Origin: Eledone cirrhosa
Lineage: Eukaryota
NCBI GenBank assembly: GCA_964016885.1
Contig: OZ024742.1
Span: 103,912,001 to 103,976,000, forward strand
DNA: 64,000 bases
Reading direction: 5' to 3'
The notes below the pieces were generated by a model, which was not told the DNA's origin, made no database searches, and saw only the letters and a program-made list of their open reading frames with translations. Below, one piece after another: positions 44,030 to 56,769 of the stretch. Position 1 is the stretch's first letter; each line of letters begins with the position of its first letter. Made by a program: the position numbers and the translations under genes.

Positions 44030-44400
44030 ATAGTTATGCTTTGGGAGGGTCACGTTGCCAATAAGAAACACACGCACCAGATGCTTTCACTCCAATTTAT
44101 TATAAATTTCCGGTTGGTTGGTTAGTTGTTCATATATTATCAAAGTTCTTTCGTCACACATTCTGTGACCTCTTCAGTGACTGGGGATTCTTTTCTTTGT
44201 TTTTGTGCCTCTCCTTTGTTCCAATATATGAACAACCGTCCGGAAATTTATAAATTTAATTTATAATAAATTGGAGTGAAAGCAACTGGTGCGTGTTTCT
44301 TTTTGGCAACATGACCCTCCCAAAGCATAACAATATCGGTTTCAACACACGTTTTCAGATAAAGAATCTTGCTAAACAAATTCAGAAACGAAATATATAT
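44030..44400. mobile_element. Inverted pair of PLE pLTR fragments (same family as 54400-55085)
   Basis: 44034-44220 (minus) and 44222-44400 (plus) both match the 54860-55085 and 54400-54485 segments. TA-repeat flanks. Confidence 0.75.
44139..44181 (-). ncRNA. Hammerhead ribozyme, same family as 54899
   Basis: Minus strand GTCA-CTGAAGA-G-GTCACAGAATGTGTGAC-GAAA-GAAC-TT-TGAT. Confidence 0.75.
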
Positions 44401-46127
44401 ATATCGGGGTGGGAGGTACTGATCAACAAACGGCTTAACAAACAGACCAAACCCCGACATTGTCGCTATTTCACACCAAGAAGAATAAAGGTGAATTTTG
44501 CATTGTGGGTTGTAGTCAACAGAGTCGAACTTAATATATACTACTAGTACTGGCAAATATTGACACGAGAGAGATAAAGAGAAAAGTTGACCCCGGTGGC
44601 ATTTGAATACAAAAACCTAAGAACTCAAACTTCATATACCAAAAAATGTGAAACCTGTTGGTTTTTAAGAAATGGGAACGTGTTGGGGCGTAAATTTGTT
44701 CGTAATAAAGAAGCAAAACCTTCAGATGTAGACATAACATTCCATATTCCAGGAACCTAGATTATGTGGTGGAAGGGGAAATAAAAACTCCAAATGAAAT
44801 CATAAACATCTGTGTGGTTGTTGATAGACTACTAACATAACTGATGAAGTAAATCTGCGGAAGGAAGCATTGATAGTTTAACAGATATCGATTTAAAAAA
44901 ACAGAGGTTCAGGAAAGGAGATGAGTACAAATAGTTTTAAGTTAGACGTCAATAAAGGGAGTTTGTAAGATCGGAGATTAACATCCGAAACATTCTTCCT
45001 GACTGACAGGCACAACACTTAAAAACACATTGATTTTTCTTATGCTTGAAACACGATACAGCTGAAGTTTAAACGGATCGAACTCGGGCAAATAAGCGGC
45101 ATTTTAAAATAGATACTGTGAATGAACGAACGTTCAACATTAATCCCTTGAACTCTACCCAATAAAATATTTTTCATCATTAAACAAATTAATGTATCAT
45201 TAGACAAAGACAATTAAAGCAGCCATTTAACCTAATTTTCAAATAGCATTGATGAAATGGTAACATTTCCATTCAGAAAAAAAAAAAGAAAGGATTCCAC
45301 AAAACAGTACAAGACCCATATAATATGGTAACAAAGTATCAGTGACGAAGCTGTTCTCTTATAAGTTCAGGACCTTTTAAACCCTTCTCAGAAACTGCTA
45401 GATAGAAAATAACAGTAATTCGGTATCAGTAGAACGGACTGAAACCCTGGGAAAATGGTCACACAGAACCTCACTGTAAACATACTCTATCGAGGCTAAT
45501 TAATTAGCTCGAAGTTAATTATTAGAAGATAGTAACCCAAATATATGATCCCATAGCTGAAACCCTTAACAGTAGGGGGTGAGGTCATAAGATTTACTAA
45601 TCTATCATCCTTGCAACAGGTTTTCGGTCTGCTCATAGCATGACCTACACTTCGTACACTAAGAAACAAACACTTTCGCTCTATGAGGGCGGCGTTGTAT
45701 TACAAAAATAGCAACACGATTATAAGATATTATCTCTATGGTACATATAAAATTGACCAATATCTCAAACCTGACACAAATATGCTCCATCTATTTCGGG
45801 GGTAGGGGTGTAAATAAAAAACAGTTACTATCGATAGTTGCCGCGTAAAGAAGCCATCACCTATAGAAATTCTATTGAAACATTAATGCTATATTTTCCA
45901 AAACTTGAATTCCTTTATATTACACATACAAAACGTTGGGTTTTTTTCTCTGAAAAGAGATGCAGTCGCAGTACCTATGGAATGTTAGTCAAATTAACTT
46001 CATCATTCTATTTTGTCACATCAATTATGCGTGTACGGTCAACATTAGTCACGATTCTCCAGCTGAGTTCACTAAGTCTCCAAGTGATGGAAGAGAGCCA
46101 AGTTTACCAGTATACGGACAAATCATT

Positions 46128-46172
<45 letters not shown>

Positions 46173-46284
46173 GCTGCCCGATACTCAAGCTTAAACCGTT
46201 TCGATATCAAGATGGGAAGTTGAATAATGGGTCTTACTAATTTTAACTAGTAACATCTTATACACCCATAATATATATATATAT

Positions 46285-46482
46285 ATAGGAAAAAGTATGA
46301 CCCCGACGGCAGAGTCAAGTCGTTTCGACGGCTATTTCTGGACTGACTTCAGAAATAGCCGTCGAAACGACTTGAGCTCTGCCGTCGGGGTCATACTTTT
46401 TCCTATTTCCCACTCTACTACCCTAAGTATTGAGTACTCTGGTGCGTTATGGCTCATCTGGTTCCTTACCACAATTCCTTTG

Positions 46483-46485
<3 letters not shown>
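46285..46485 (+). repeat. Hairpin element (56-bp arms) with 3' tail; paralog at 61597-61790
   Basis: Arms 46285-46340 / 46350-46406 are near-perfect complements. Tail ctactaccctaagtat.gagtactctggtgc.ttatgg...ctggttccttaccaca is shared with the 61.7 kb copy. TA flanks. Confidence 0.85.
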
Positions 46486-46518
<33 letters not shown>

Positions 46519-47911
46519 GTGTATGTGTACGTGAGCGACTTCGGCTAGGACATTATTCATAGTAGCACTCCACAAAAACTAACCGACTTCTTTGCAAGTA
46601 TTTCTTCTGTTTTAAAAATAGCACAACCATTTCCTCTCCCTCTCCTCCGACCTCCACATTCATCATCCTAGTTATATCAGATGAATTAAGGACACATGCA
46701 TGGGCGGGGTGATGCAGAGGGGATGCAATTTACTAAACAAATGGTTACATTAAATCGCGGTGTGAACGGGCGTTAGAATTTAAAGGAGTGTAGTGATTAA
46801 AGAGATGAGTGAAATACCGTGTATTTTGTGAAGTGCAGAGCAATAATAGAAATGATTATAGGATGGGTAAAACAGGCGATATAAATGTTATAGAAGGAGA
46901 ATCCATGAAGGGGAATCCATCCAGATCATGGAGGAATTTTCTAAATAAAAAAAAAGTGTATTTGAAATGGAGAAGAGAGGAAATATTTAAAAAGGTGAGA
47001 AAATGTGGAACTCGTCTGTCGACTGAAATAAAGTAAAGGGTTAAAATCTGACATCTGTGGTGTCACTGATGTAGATTAAAAATTGCTGTTTATAGCCCCA
47101 GATCAGTTTTCATTGAGCAGGTATGATCAAAATCCTTCAATCGGTGACCATCACATCTTTTTGGTAGGGGTGGGGCCTGATGTAGATTTGGCTGCTATTC
47201 CTAGCAGGTCAAGCAGCTGCATTGAGGATACCTCAATGTTGTCTTCTTTAGTATCAAGTGGTAGGATAACAAACAGATTTAATATTATAACGACAGAGAA
47301 AATTAACTACCAAAACACGTGTATGTGGGTGATGTGGTAGAAAACTCCGAGCGGCGGTTTACATCACCAATATATATAGGCATGGACGTCACAAGGTTCT
47401 TCTATGAGTTTAGGACAAAGATTTCCGATATTAGATATGCATGGTTAGAAAAACTAAGTTCTATGTATATATCAAGGAGAAACGGAATGGTGACATTCGT
47501 GTATTTTCCAAAACCATTACCAAAATATTTCAGTTGAGTATGGGAACCCAATTCTGCAAGATCTTACCGCAACACTACTACTCTCTTCAAACACGTACAC
47601 ACGCGCGCGCGTCATTTCGACTTCACCATAAACTATAAAATTCCAGTTTTATTATATAAACGTCAGAATCTACTATAATTAGTAGACAAATATCCGTCGA
47701 AGTTCATCTTTACTAGTCTGACCTGGAGCCCTACAAACAACTGCACATCGGATATACCCCGAAACAAATGTCTAATGTGGAGAAAGAATTTCCTCGTGTA
47801 CTTTCACACATATAGAATGGAAGAGTCGAAAGTCTAAATAAATAAAGGGAATAATCAGTGGCTGAAAAAGAAAAGAGTATTAAAACAAAACAAGGTGTTG
47901 CAAAGACTTAC

Positions 47912-48010
47912 CATAAGTCCATCCAAATTAATATTTGAGGTAGTAGTTTTTATTTCCCTCTCCAAGTCCTTAAGACGTTGGTATAGCTTGGGATCTTGTA
48001 GGAGAGACAT
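47912..48010 (-). CDS. ROCK: First coding exon of a Rho-associated protein kinase (ROCK)-like gene; remaining exons not found in window
   Basis: ATG in good context (accatcATGtct), 33 codons MSLLQDPKLYQRLKDLEREIKTTTSNINLDGLM, then a strong phase-0 donor ATG|GTAAGT. Resembles the ROCK N-terminal capped helix bundle as I recall it (R..LE..I.DP.S.INxDxLL|D), where intron 1 falls at the same position. Lies in the CpG-richer zone. Confidence 0.75.
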
Positions 48011-48529
48011 GATGGTTGTATGTGGTAGACACGATGCTAACAAGAACTCCCAGTCACAAGAATAAATTATATATTTAAAAGACGGGGAATTTAAAAAAAA
48101 AAGGAAAGGGCACTAGTATTTTAAAATTGATAGAATATGTCCATTTTAAAATAGAAAATATATATATATATATCTTCCACGGTATATAAAATCACCACCC
48201 GTCAAATAATATTTCTATATTGACGGGGTGGGAAAGTGAGAAAATCTCGTTTAACTAACTAGCTATATTTGCAAGGTAGTTTAGATATTGAATAACAATA
48301 GAGACGAGGTGCAAATATAACAAAGGTTACGGCCATCCTCGCCGAATCATCCACCCTATCTGTCACTTCGAAAGGAATGAAGTGTATGTGAACTAGTTTT
48401 GGTGAATACAAGACTAAAATAACTACACCGCCTTCCTTACAAAACTAATATCTATATAGTTTGTATCTCCTTTATTAAATACTTTCAGTATTTTTTATAT
48501 TACCACAGAAATCTTAATATACATTTTTA

Positions 48530-49480
48530 GTTCATTTTTCCAGCCTTTAGTCATTACTGACCGGAAACAGTAGGGCAGAAATACCGGATATAGACAAAAC
48601 CGGGTGTTGACTATGCATGTCAAATAAGCTAACTTGTTTGAAAAAACGTAACGTATTTGTGGGTCCTCAAGATGAATGTTCTTCTTATTGCAGATGTAAA
48701 CATATAAATTACATGAATCAGTTATACATCTGTTCTTTATATATTATAGTTCTATCGGGTAAGATTGTAAACTAATTTCAAAAACAGTTCCTAAGTGTAG
48801 GACTACAAACAAAATGACTTCCGTTTACAAAACCGTTGTTTTAACAATACAATAGAGATGTGTAAGAAATTATATATAAATAGTAACCCTTAGTTAGAGT
48901 TGGCTATTCCTGTGCGTATTTTAGGGGCAAATCTGCAACTATAAAAGTAGGCCCCACCCCACCTTAGACGACACTTTGCTCTTCCTTCTCATTCAATAAC
49001 TTCAAAGCAATATAAATAAATAACCACAACAATAATAAATGATTTCTCAATAAGGAACAGTAATCCAAAATGTTGTGATTCCACAATGTAGATGTTGGCG
49101 TGTATAATATATCCAGAAATGGAGGGTTTAAATATTTAGCTAGCAAGTGGCACACGGGCAGGATCCGGCTTTAGTTAAAGTCATCAAGCCATTATCACTG
49201 TAAAAAATCCACCAAGTCTTCTCCTGTTTTAGGTCTAAAGCTTGTTTTTAATTCAGCGGCTCCAATAGATTTCAATCATTAGAGTTAAAACAACGTTAAA
49301 CTGCTACACACTTGTATTAATGACTGTTTTGGAAAAAACCTTCATACAATACTACTATCTTTTAGAGTAGATTTGTTTGTTTCCTGATGGCTGAGGCGTG
49401 TGACTGTATGCTTCAAAACACGCCACTGTACATTTAGATTTCCTCTGTAGGCGCCATCACAGCCGTAATAATGGCCACCA
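48530..49480 (-). promoter_or_regulatory. Putative promoter/5' UTR region of the ROCK-like gene
   Basis: Unique, TE-free, CpG-retaining sequence upstream of the ATG, with ETS-like CCGGAA (~48561) and ACTTCCG (~48817), GACTACA (~48801) and YY1-like CGCCAT (~49452). TSS not determinable. Confidence 0.4.
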
Positions 49481-49492
49481 CCTATGCGACTT

Positions 49493-49650
49493 TATCTGCT
49501 ACCACTACTCTCACCTTGTTTACTACTCTCTCTGTCACTCTCACGTTCACTACTACTCTATCTGCTACCGCCACTTCCACATTATTTACTACTCTATCTG
49601 CTACTCTCACGTTCACTACTACTCTGTCGCTACCACTACACTACGTCACT
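49493..49650. repeat. 66-bp tandem duplication of low-complexity sequence
   Basis: tatctgctacc...ctctcacgttcactactactc at 49493 and 49559. Confidence 0.7.
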
Positions 49651-51404
49651 CTCACGTTTTATGTCTACCTTTCTTTCTCTTTTATACCGTCTTTCACTTT
49701 TACTCTATCTTATACATTGTCTCCGCTATTATCGCAATTGCTGTATCTGTCATCAGCTTTCAAGCCTAATTCTCTCTCTTTTTTCTGTTTAATATTTATT
49801 TCCTTTTTTATCTGTTATTATAGCAGCCTCTCGATCTGCCGTCACCAACTTATACAACTACTACAACAACTACCTTTATTACAGAATCTGTTCTCACACT
49901 ACTAACGACTAATAGTAGTAATAATAGTACAACTACTACTATTTACTACTTCCACTGCAATGAAATTATGTAGGATAGCAACTTCTGATTACACAACCCC
50001 AACCACTAAAGTCTAGATTGAGGTGGGAACTATGAACTATTGGTAGATAAATCAAAGAGGTTACATGAAAATACTAATCAACTTCGAATATTTAGTAAAA
50101 ACAGAAAGACTCAGTTATAGACCGAGTAAGAAGAGGTGGGTGTGGTGAATAAACAAATAGAATAAGAAAGTGGTGAAAAAGAGAAAGAAAATGGTAAGGA
50201 GGACGGGGAATGTCAAATTGGTTAGACAGCAAAAACGAGGAAAAAATGAAGACTGATAAATAAGAACGAAATTGCAAGAAAAAAATATGAAATAGTAGGT
50301 TTCACATGATCAGCTAAATATCAACAATAAAGCAATCATTTACAAGTTGAGTGACTCATGGAAATGCCAAGATCTTTAAATTGAGACATTAGAAAGGAAA
50401 GGTTTAAAGAACTTCAATTGGAAGATTCTTTGATTTAAAGAATGACTCCTGTGATTAAATTTGCAGACAACATGGTCTAATATCTGCGTAATGGGAAAAG
50501 AATGGTGTACATTTAAGCAGTTATGGGTCTAGCTCATGGTTAAATATTTTAAAGAAGCTGATTGATCTAAAGGGGAGAGCGAGGCTGACTTGAAAGACGG
50601 GAAGATAGAATAAGACTTTGGAATATTGGCGCCAGAATAGGTATTAGTTAGTCTATATTGCCTGAAGATGATTCTTTCGTTAATTAAAAACATTGAAAGG
50701 TGAAAAGAAAGAATTAAATATTTTTATCATTATTATTTTTTTTTTCTTTTACAAAGATATCTTGCAAAGTTGTCCCCCATAACTTATGGAAAGCTTGAAG
50801 TGAATGGTGTGATGAATGAGAAAGAATGATGTAAGTTTGCAAAAGAATAAATATAAAAAATATATAAATCATTGCTTGCTTCAAAAATTATTAGAGGGAA
50901 GCTCCAGCGCCCCTTGTGACTTGTGTTTGTGTGGGTCATCTCCTCCTCTTCCATACACTTCTTTATTTTTTATTATCCCTCCTTGTTTTAGTACTGTATA
51001 ATTGTGTGTGTGAAAGAAAATGTATAAATAAAACAGTATAATTGGAATAAAAAGTAGTTAGTACTAGAGTTGAAAAATAAACCATGAAATTTCTTTTGTT
51101 TTAGGAACTAAACTGAAATGTCTCATCACTTACTGTTCAGGACAGTTTGGTGAGGAAGAGGTATCATTGATATTTTGTTATAATTCAGTGGTTACTGCAA
51201 TTCTCCTTAAGTTAATACTTTCACACTGAAATAGCTACAAAATCAACTTAACTCTTTCATTAACATATTTCTAGAAAAAAAAAAATTTCCTATAGTTTTG
51301 TTGAATTTGAAAATAATCAAGAATTTGAACGGTTTTTGAATTATAACTTTGTCATTATTAAGATGCTATATGGAATATAACTTAAAGGTTCTTAAGATGA
51401 AAGC

Positions 51405-52220
51405 TTTTTAACTGGTTGATATCCTTTATTCTCAGTCGAAAAGAGGTAGTCATGGTTCTAGGACAGCATTCTTCACTCTATGAGATGTCATCTGGTGTAC
51501 CACAGGGATCTGTTCTTGGTTCTCTTTTGTTTGTTGCATATATTAATGGCATAGATGCCACAGTGCTGAAATAAGCAGATGATATCAATCTGTACCTTGA
51601 GATAAAAAGGACAAATCCTGAACACTATAGATCTTTCCTGCAATCAGACCTGGACACAATGCAGCAATGGATCACGGACTGGTAACTCAGGCTAGCTGTG
51701 GACAAGTGTATCACCATGCATTTTGGGAGGAAAAACCCAACGTTCACATACTCCCTCCACAACACTAATATCAAGACATATTCTTGTGAACGTAACCTGG
51801 ACATTACTGTCAGCAGTGATTTGCATTGGACAAAGCACATCTCTAAAATTGTCAAGAAGGCTGAGGGTGTCTTGGCATCACTCAGCAAGACCTTTGTCAG
51901 CCGCTCTCTAGCTATCTATTTAAAGTTGTATATAACTATGATCTGGCCACACTTAGAATTTGCATCACCAGTCTGAAACCCTTATCTTGCTCAGAACATT
52001 GACATCCTGGAAACTGTTCAGAGACGTGCAACCAAGCAAATACCTTACATCAGGCATCTACCATACTCTGAACGCTTTGCTTCCCTGGGTATGGATACAT
52101 TGAAGCTCCGGTGTCTGGTAACTGACTTGGTAAACACCCACAAAATTATTAACCAACTTGTCAAAAACAACCCTGAGCACCTTTTTGAATTCCATGTATT
52201 TAACACCTGTGGGCATGCCT
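51405..52220 (+). mobile_element. CR1-like LINE RT fragment
   Basis: SSGVPQGSVLG.LLF, ADD, LQSDLD, KCITMHFGRKN, PHLEFASPV, ETVQRRATK. Confidence 0.9.
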
Positions 52221-52522
52221 ATATACACTATTATTTCTGAAATTAAGATGGGAGGGTCAGGAATGGAATACTTGCTGAGACCGGAACTGACATATATCTA
52301 AAAGACAACAACAACTTCTGCTTCATTGCACATGAAATATCTGTCCTCAATAATTGTTCTAACACCTACCTTTCAATAGATCATTGTACACTCCCATGCT
52401 CTATAAGTCCGTAAAGCATTGCTATAACTTCCTTGCAGAAAAAGAAAACCTGATATAGTCATTGTTATAGCTTCACCATCCCATTTCCTATGTGCGTGTG
52501 TGTGTGTCTGTGTATGTTTGAG

Positions 52523-52562
<40 letters not shown>

Positions 52563-53718
52563 TCATCATCATCGTTTAACGTCCATCTTCTACGCTAGCA
52601 TGGATTTTGACGGGAATTTTCCCACTTGAGGCAAGATTGGTTGTCTTGCTCGTATAGGACTGTCTGGCGGGTTTTCTACGGCTGGATGCCCTTCCTAACA
52701 CCAACCACGTTTACAGTGTGGACTGGGAGGTTTTTACCATGTTACCTACATGGCCACATTACAGCGTGGACTGTGTGTTTTTTTTTGTTTGTCGTGACAC
52801 CTACACGACTTCATTTGTTTTGGACTGGATGTTGTGGTACCAACATAGCTTTACATTGGAAGGGGTGGTGTGGATGGGGTGGGGGTAGTGGGACGGGGTG
52901 TATTTTTGTTAGAGGTGCCTACTGACTGTAGGTTTCGCTTTGTACTTAGGCAAGGCGGATCTCATCAGATAAAATAGGGAGACATGATATGAAGCTTAAA
53001 AAACACTAGCAAGCAGTGAAGTATTAAATCAACATATGAAAAATAAAGTAAGATGGATATATGAGATTGGGGGAAAAAAAAGGAGGGAGGGGGAGGGGAA
53101 GGTAAGGAATCGGAAGAAAGAAAATAAAGGATGACGGGGGAGGAGTATAAGAAGGAAGGATGAGACAGGAGGAGAAATTTTGCATTGTTTTATTGTGCTA
53201 CAATAAAACTCACCTCCTACATATATATATATCATCATTTTCATCATCATTTCATTTTACATCCGCTTTTTCCCTGCTTGCAAGGGTGGGACGGGAACTG
53301 ATTCTGGCTTGATTTCTACAGCTGGATGCCCTTCCTAACACCAACCTCATTTAAAGTGAGTGCTGGGTGTTTTTTTGCCATGGCACCTCCACGACCACTT
53401 TGCAGTGGAATGATAGGGACCCCAGTCCTATCATCTCATTTCTACAGCTGAGTAAACTGAAGCAATGTGAAATAAAGTGTCTTGCTCAAGGAAACAACAC
53501 ATCACCCGGTCTGGGAATTGAACTTACAACCTTTTGATTGCAAGGCTCTAACCACTAAGCCATGTGCCTCCATGAAATATATATAAGGGTAAATTAGAGA
53601 ACATAGGAATAAAAATAGAATCTACAAACAGAAAAGACGCAATGTTTAGACAAATCACAGAGGCAATAAACATAAATAAACTCCAACCAAAATTAAATAG
53701 AAAACATATATATATATA

Positions 53719-54300
53719 TATATTAATTCAAAATATTAACAAAATAGATATTCTTGTGATCAATTATATGTTATTATACATATTTCAGAGGTACTGAGTT
53801 AAGTTCAACAGTACGTCCTCATCAAATAAAATAAAATGATACATGACATACCCTGACAGTAGATGGTTAAGATTCAGTCATGGTAGTGATTTTATTATGA
53901 CAAAACTCAATATTTATACCTTAATATTGAGAACATGATATAACATAATACAAACAATAGAGAGGGTGCGTGTAATAGAGTTTAAGAAATACATGGCATC
54001 AATATAACAGTTATAACATTTTTTAATTTAAAAAAACTACTGGAGAAAGAGGAGGGAAAGGAAAGCATAGAGGAAGAAACAGCTGATGTGATAATCAGGT
54101 ATAAATATTGAGTTTTGTCATAAGTTAATCACTACCATGACTGAATCTTAACTATCTACTATGTCAGGGTATGTCATGTATCATTTTATTTTATCTGATG
54201 AGGTCGTACTGTTGAACTTAACGCAGTACCTCTGAAATATGTATAATAAAATATAATTGATCACAAGAATATCTATTTTGTTAATATTTTGAATTAATAT
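53719..54300. repeat. ~200-bp inverted repeat (arms 53719-53921 / 54097-54300), each arm with a decayed hammerhead
   Basis: Arms are near-identical reverse complements. Right arm: CTGATGA (54195) G..GTACTG/CAGTAC..T GAAA TATGT...ATAT-A. Confidence 0.8.
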
Positions 54301-54399
54301 TAATAACTCTGGAAAACCTTTTACTGTTGAGTGCTTCCAATCTATTGTAAAACTCATTCTTTGATGTATTCATTGAACCTTGTTTAACTTTTAAATATA

Positions 54400-55085
54400 T
54401 ATATATTTCGTTTCTGAATTTGTTTAGCAAGATTCTTTATCTGAAAACGTGTGTTGAAACCAATATTGTTATGCTTTGGGAGGGTAAATGAACACTGGCG
54501 AGAGCTTCAAGATAGAAAAGAATCATCTGTACTTCACCAACATGCTAAAATAGAACATAAGGGTAAATTAGAGAACAAAGAAATAAAAATAGAATCTACA
54601 AACAGAAAAGACGCAATGTTTAGACAAATCACAGAGGCAATAAACATAAATGAACTCCAACCAAAATTAAATAGAAAACATGAATGGAATAGCAACATCA
54701 CAACTTACAATTAAGGACAAAATGAAAACACACACACATAGAATAAACAACCAACCAGTAACATGTAAATAACAAATATAAACACACACAGATACCCGGA
54801 TGTAACACATCCGCAAACTAAGCACACAACACACACAAAAACAAGATGGCATAGGAGAGAACAAAGGAGAGGCACAAAAACAAAGAAAAGAATCCCCAGT
54901 CACTGAAGATGTCACAGAATGTGTGACGAAAGAACTTTGACAATATATGAACAACCGTCCAGTTGTGGAACCAACCAACCAACCGGAAATTTATAAATTT
55001 AATTTATAATAAATTGGAGTGAAAGCAACTGGTGCGTGTGTTTCTTATTGGCAACATGACCCTCGCAAAGCATAACAATATATAT
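54400..55085 (+). mobile_element. Penelope-like element 3' fragment (GIY-YIG end + pLTR with HHR) with inverted 5' cap
   Basis: ORF 54451-54714 RVNEH...SVLHQH...RQITEAINI...PKLNRKHEW is a GIY-YIG C-terminus. 54400-54485 is an inverted copy of the pLTR end. Flanked by (TA)n. Part of the ORF is duplicated at ~53582-53707. Confidence 0.8.
54899..54941 (+). ncRNA. Minimal hammerhead ribozyme in PLE pLTR
   Basis: GTCA-CTGAAGA-T-GTCACA-GAATG-TGTGAC-GAAA-GAAC-TT-TGAC, downstream of a GIY-YIG ORF end. Confidence 0.8.
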
Positions 55086-55276
55086 ATGTATATGTATATG
55101 TATAAATATATATATATATGTATATATATATAGAGAGAAAAAAAGATGAAATCGAAAATGCAACTGGAGTCTTATTTTTTTTAAAATATATATATTTATT
55201 CGGTTCCTTTACCGGTTTCGCAGTTCTTTTCAAAAGTAGAGTTGAGATGGAGGGTCTGTGGTTTTTCTCACATCTA

Positions 55277-55336
<60 letters not shown>

Positions 55337-55510
55337 TATGTACATTTGTGAGTGAATATACACACATTTATACACATACCATAACTATATTTCCTTATTT
55401 TATTTTTATATATCTCTTGCATTACTTTTATTTATATATTTTTTTGCCCGTTAAACTTTTGCCTTTCTTGAGGAGATTTTTCAAATATTTCACTATGTTT
55501 TAAATTGCCT

Positions 55511-55580
55511 TGTCCGACGAACGAATGAGGACGTTTCTTGTATTCGTCTTATTCAGGAAACCTCTGGTAATGAGGTAATT
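55511..55580 (+). ncRNA. Degenerate hammerhead with stable stem III
   Basis: CCGACGA (one mismatch to CTGACGA), stem II gaatgaggacg/cgtcttattc, GAAA-CCTC-tggtaat-GAGG-TA (GUA triplet). Confidence 0.5.
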
Positions 55581-55680
55581 ATATTGTATTGTTTATTATA
55601 CATTAAATTTAGCTCTGGTACTTACATAGAGCACTCTTCACTCCTATGACTTTTTTCAATTTTCAACGGAAACTTCAATA

Positions 55681-55715
<35 letters not shown>

Positions 55716-56204
55716 TAAATCGCGTCTATAGAATCAATCAGATATTAAAGTATATACTATTTCTTCTTCTAATCAGCAAAATTAACCATATACATAATCA
55801 AATCTAGCAAGCTTTAAGAATAAATTTTCTAACGGGGAAATCTCCGACAAATATATATATGAATTAAGTAGGTTTTTTAACCAGCCTTAATCCTTCCTCT
55901 TTCTAAACTCCTCTATTTACAACTTTAATATTCTTCTCATTGGTCATCTAGATTGTAATCCCTCCCACTGCTTACAAATATTGTATCTATACTTGGTATA
56001 TTTACTGTAATTCATGATTTTATTCTTTTCTTTATTTATGATTTTTGTTTACTATTTCTGTTATTTGTATATTATATTTTGATTCTGAATTTCTCTATAT
56101 ACCAATGTTTTGTACTTTCGCTTTGTCAGCAGTAAGTAATGGTTATTGCAGAAATGTGGTACCCACACCTCAGAGTATAACCAATGTTTTTCTTCCTCCC
56201 TGTT

Positions 56205-56330
56205 AACTTCATCCTGATGAAGTGCAATAATAATTATTATGTAATGCATATGATTAAGCATTGGACTATGCAATCAGTGCATGTAGACGGTTATGTAATT
56301 GTACAGAAACATTTGTTAAAGATTGAACAC
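56205..56330 (+). ncRNA. Hammerhead-like motif with long (~85 nt) stem II
   Basis: CTGATGA (56214) A GTGCAAT...nested hairpin (atgcat/gtgcat, tgatt/aatca, gcat/atgc)...ATTGTAC A GAAA CATTTG TT, followed by AATAAA. Stem I weak. Confidence 0.55.
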
Positions 56331-56393
56331 TTAATAAATTTCTCCTTCTGACCACTTCTTCCTGTAGACCAGCAGTCGCAAGCGGTGGGAGGG

Positions 56394-56437
56394 ACCGTCC
56401 TGACGAAGGCCAGTTAAGCCTGAAATGCATAGACGGT
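56394..56437 (+). ncRNA. Type I minimal hammerhead ribozyme (copy 1 of tandem unit)
   Basis: ACCGTC-CTGACGA-AGGC-CAGTTAA-GCCT-GAAA-TGCA-TA-GACGGT: perfect 6-bp stem I, intact core, 4-bp stem II, palindromic TGCA loop III, AUA cleavage triplet. Confidence 0.88.
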
Positions 56438-56725
56438 TGTCTCCCTTGCTTCTACTGGACATCACCAGAGGGCGTTAGCTCCCCCCCCCTCCCGGTGTTT
56501 GCATAGCTACGGCTTCCTAAAAGTGTATTTCTTTGGAGATACAAAATATTTATACATATTGTATAAAGCTATGCTTGAAGCGAAATCCTATTTCTTTTAT
56601 ATTATAAGTTGAGCCAACTTATGCAGCTTCATATGCAAATGAGATTAAACACCTCATTTACACAGACGAGAAAAGTATATATTCTCGCCTGTCTTCTAGT
56701 CCAGCAGTCGCAAGCGGTGGGAGGG

Positions 56726-56769
56726 ACCGTCCTGACGAAGGCCAGTTAAGCCTGAAGTGGATAGACAGT
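56726..56769 (+). ncRNA. Hammerhead ribozyme copy 2 (mutated)
   Basis: Direct repeat of copy 1 at +332 bp with GAAA>GAAG, TGCA>TGGA and GACGGT>GACAGT. Confidence 0.75.

Noticed and set aside
49471-49905. 144-aa Thr/Ser/Leu-rich ORF
   Set aside because: Low-complexity 66-bp duplication with no coding evidence.
50300-50680. Possible very old CR1-like 3' end on the minus strand
   Set aside because: Only faint motif resemblance with many stops; not supportable without alignment.
55195-55275. Partial hammerhead GAAACCGGTA on the minus strand
   Set aside because: No CUGANGA half or stem II could be found.
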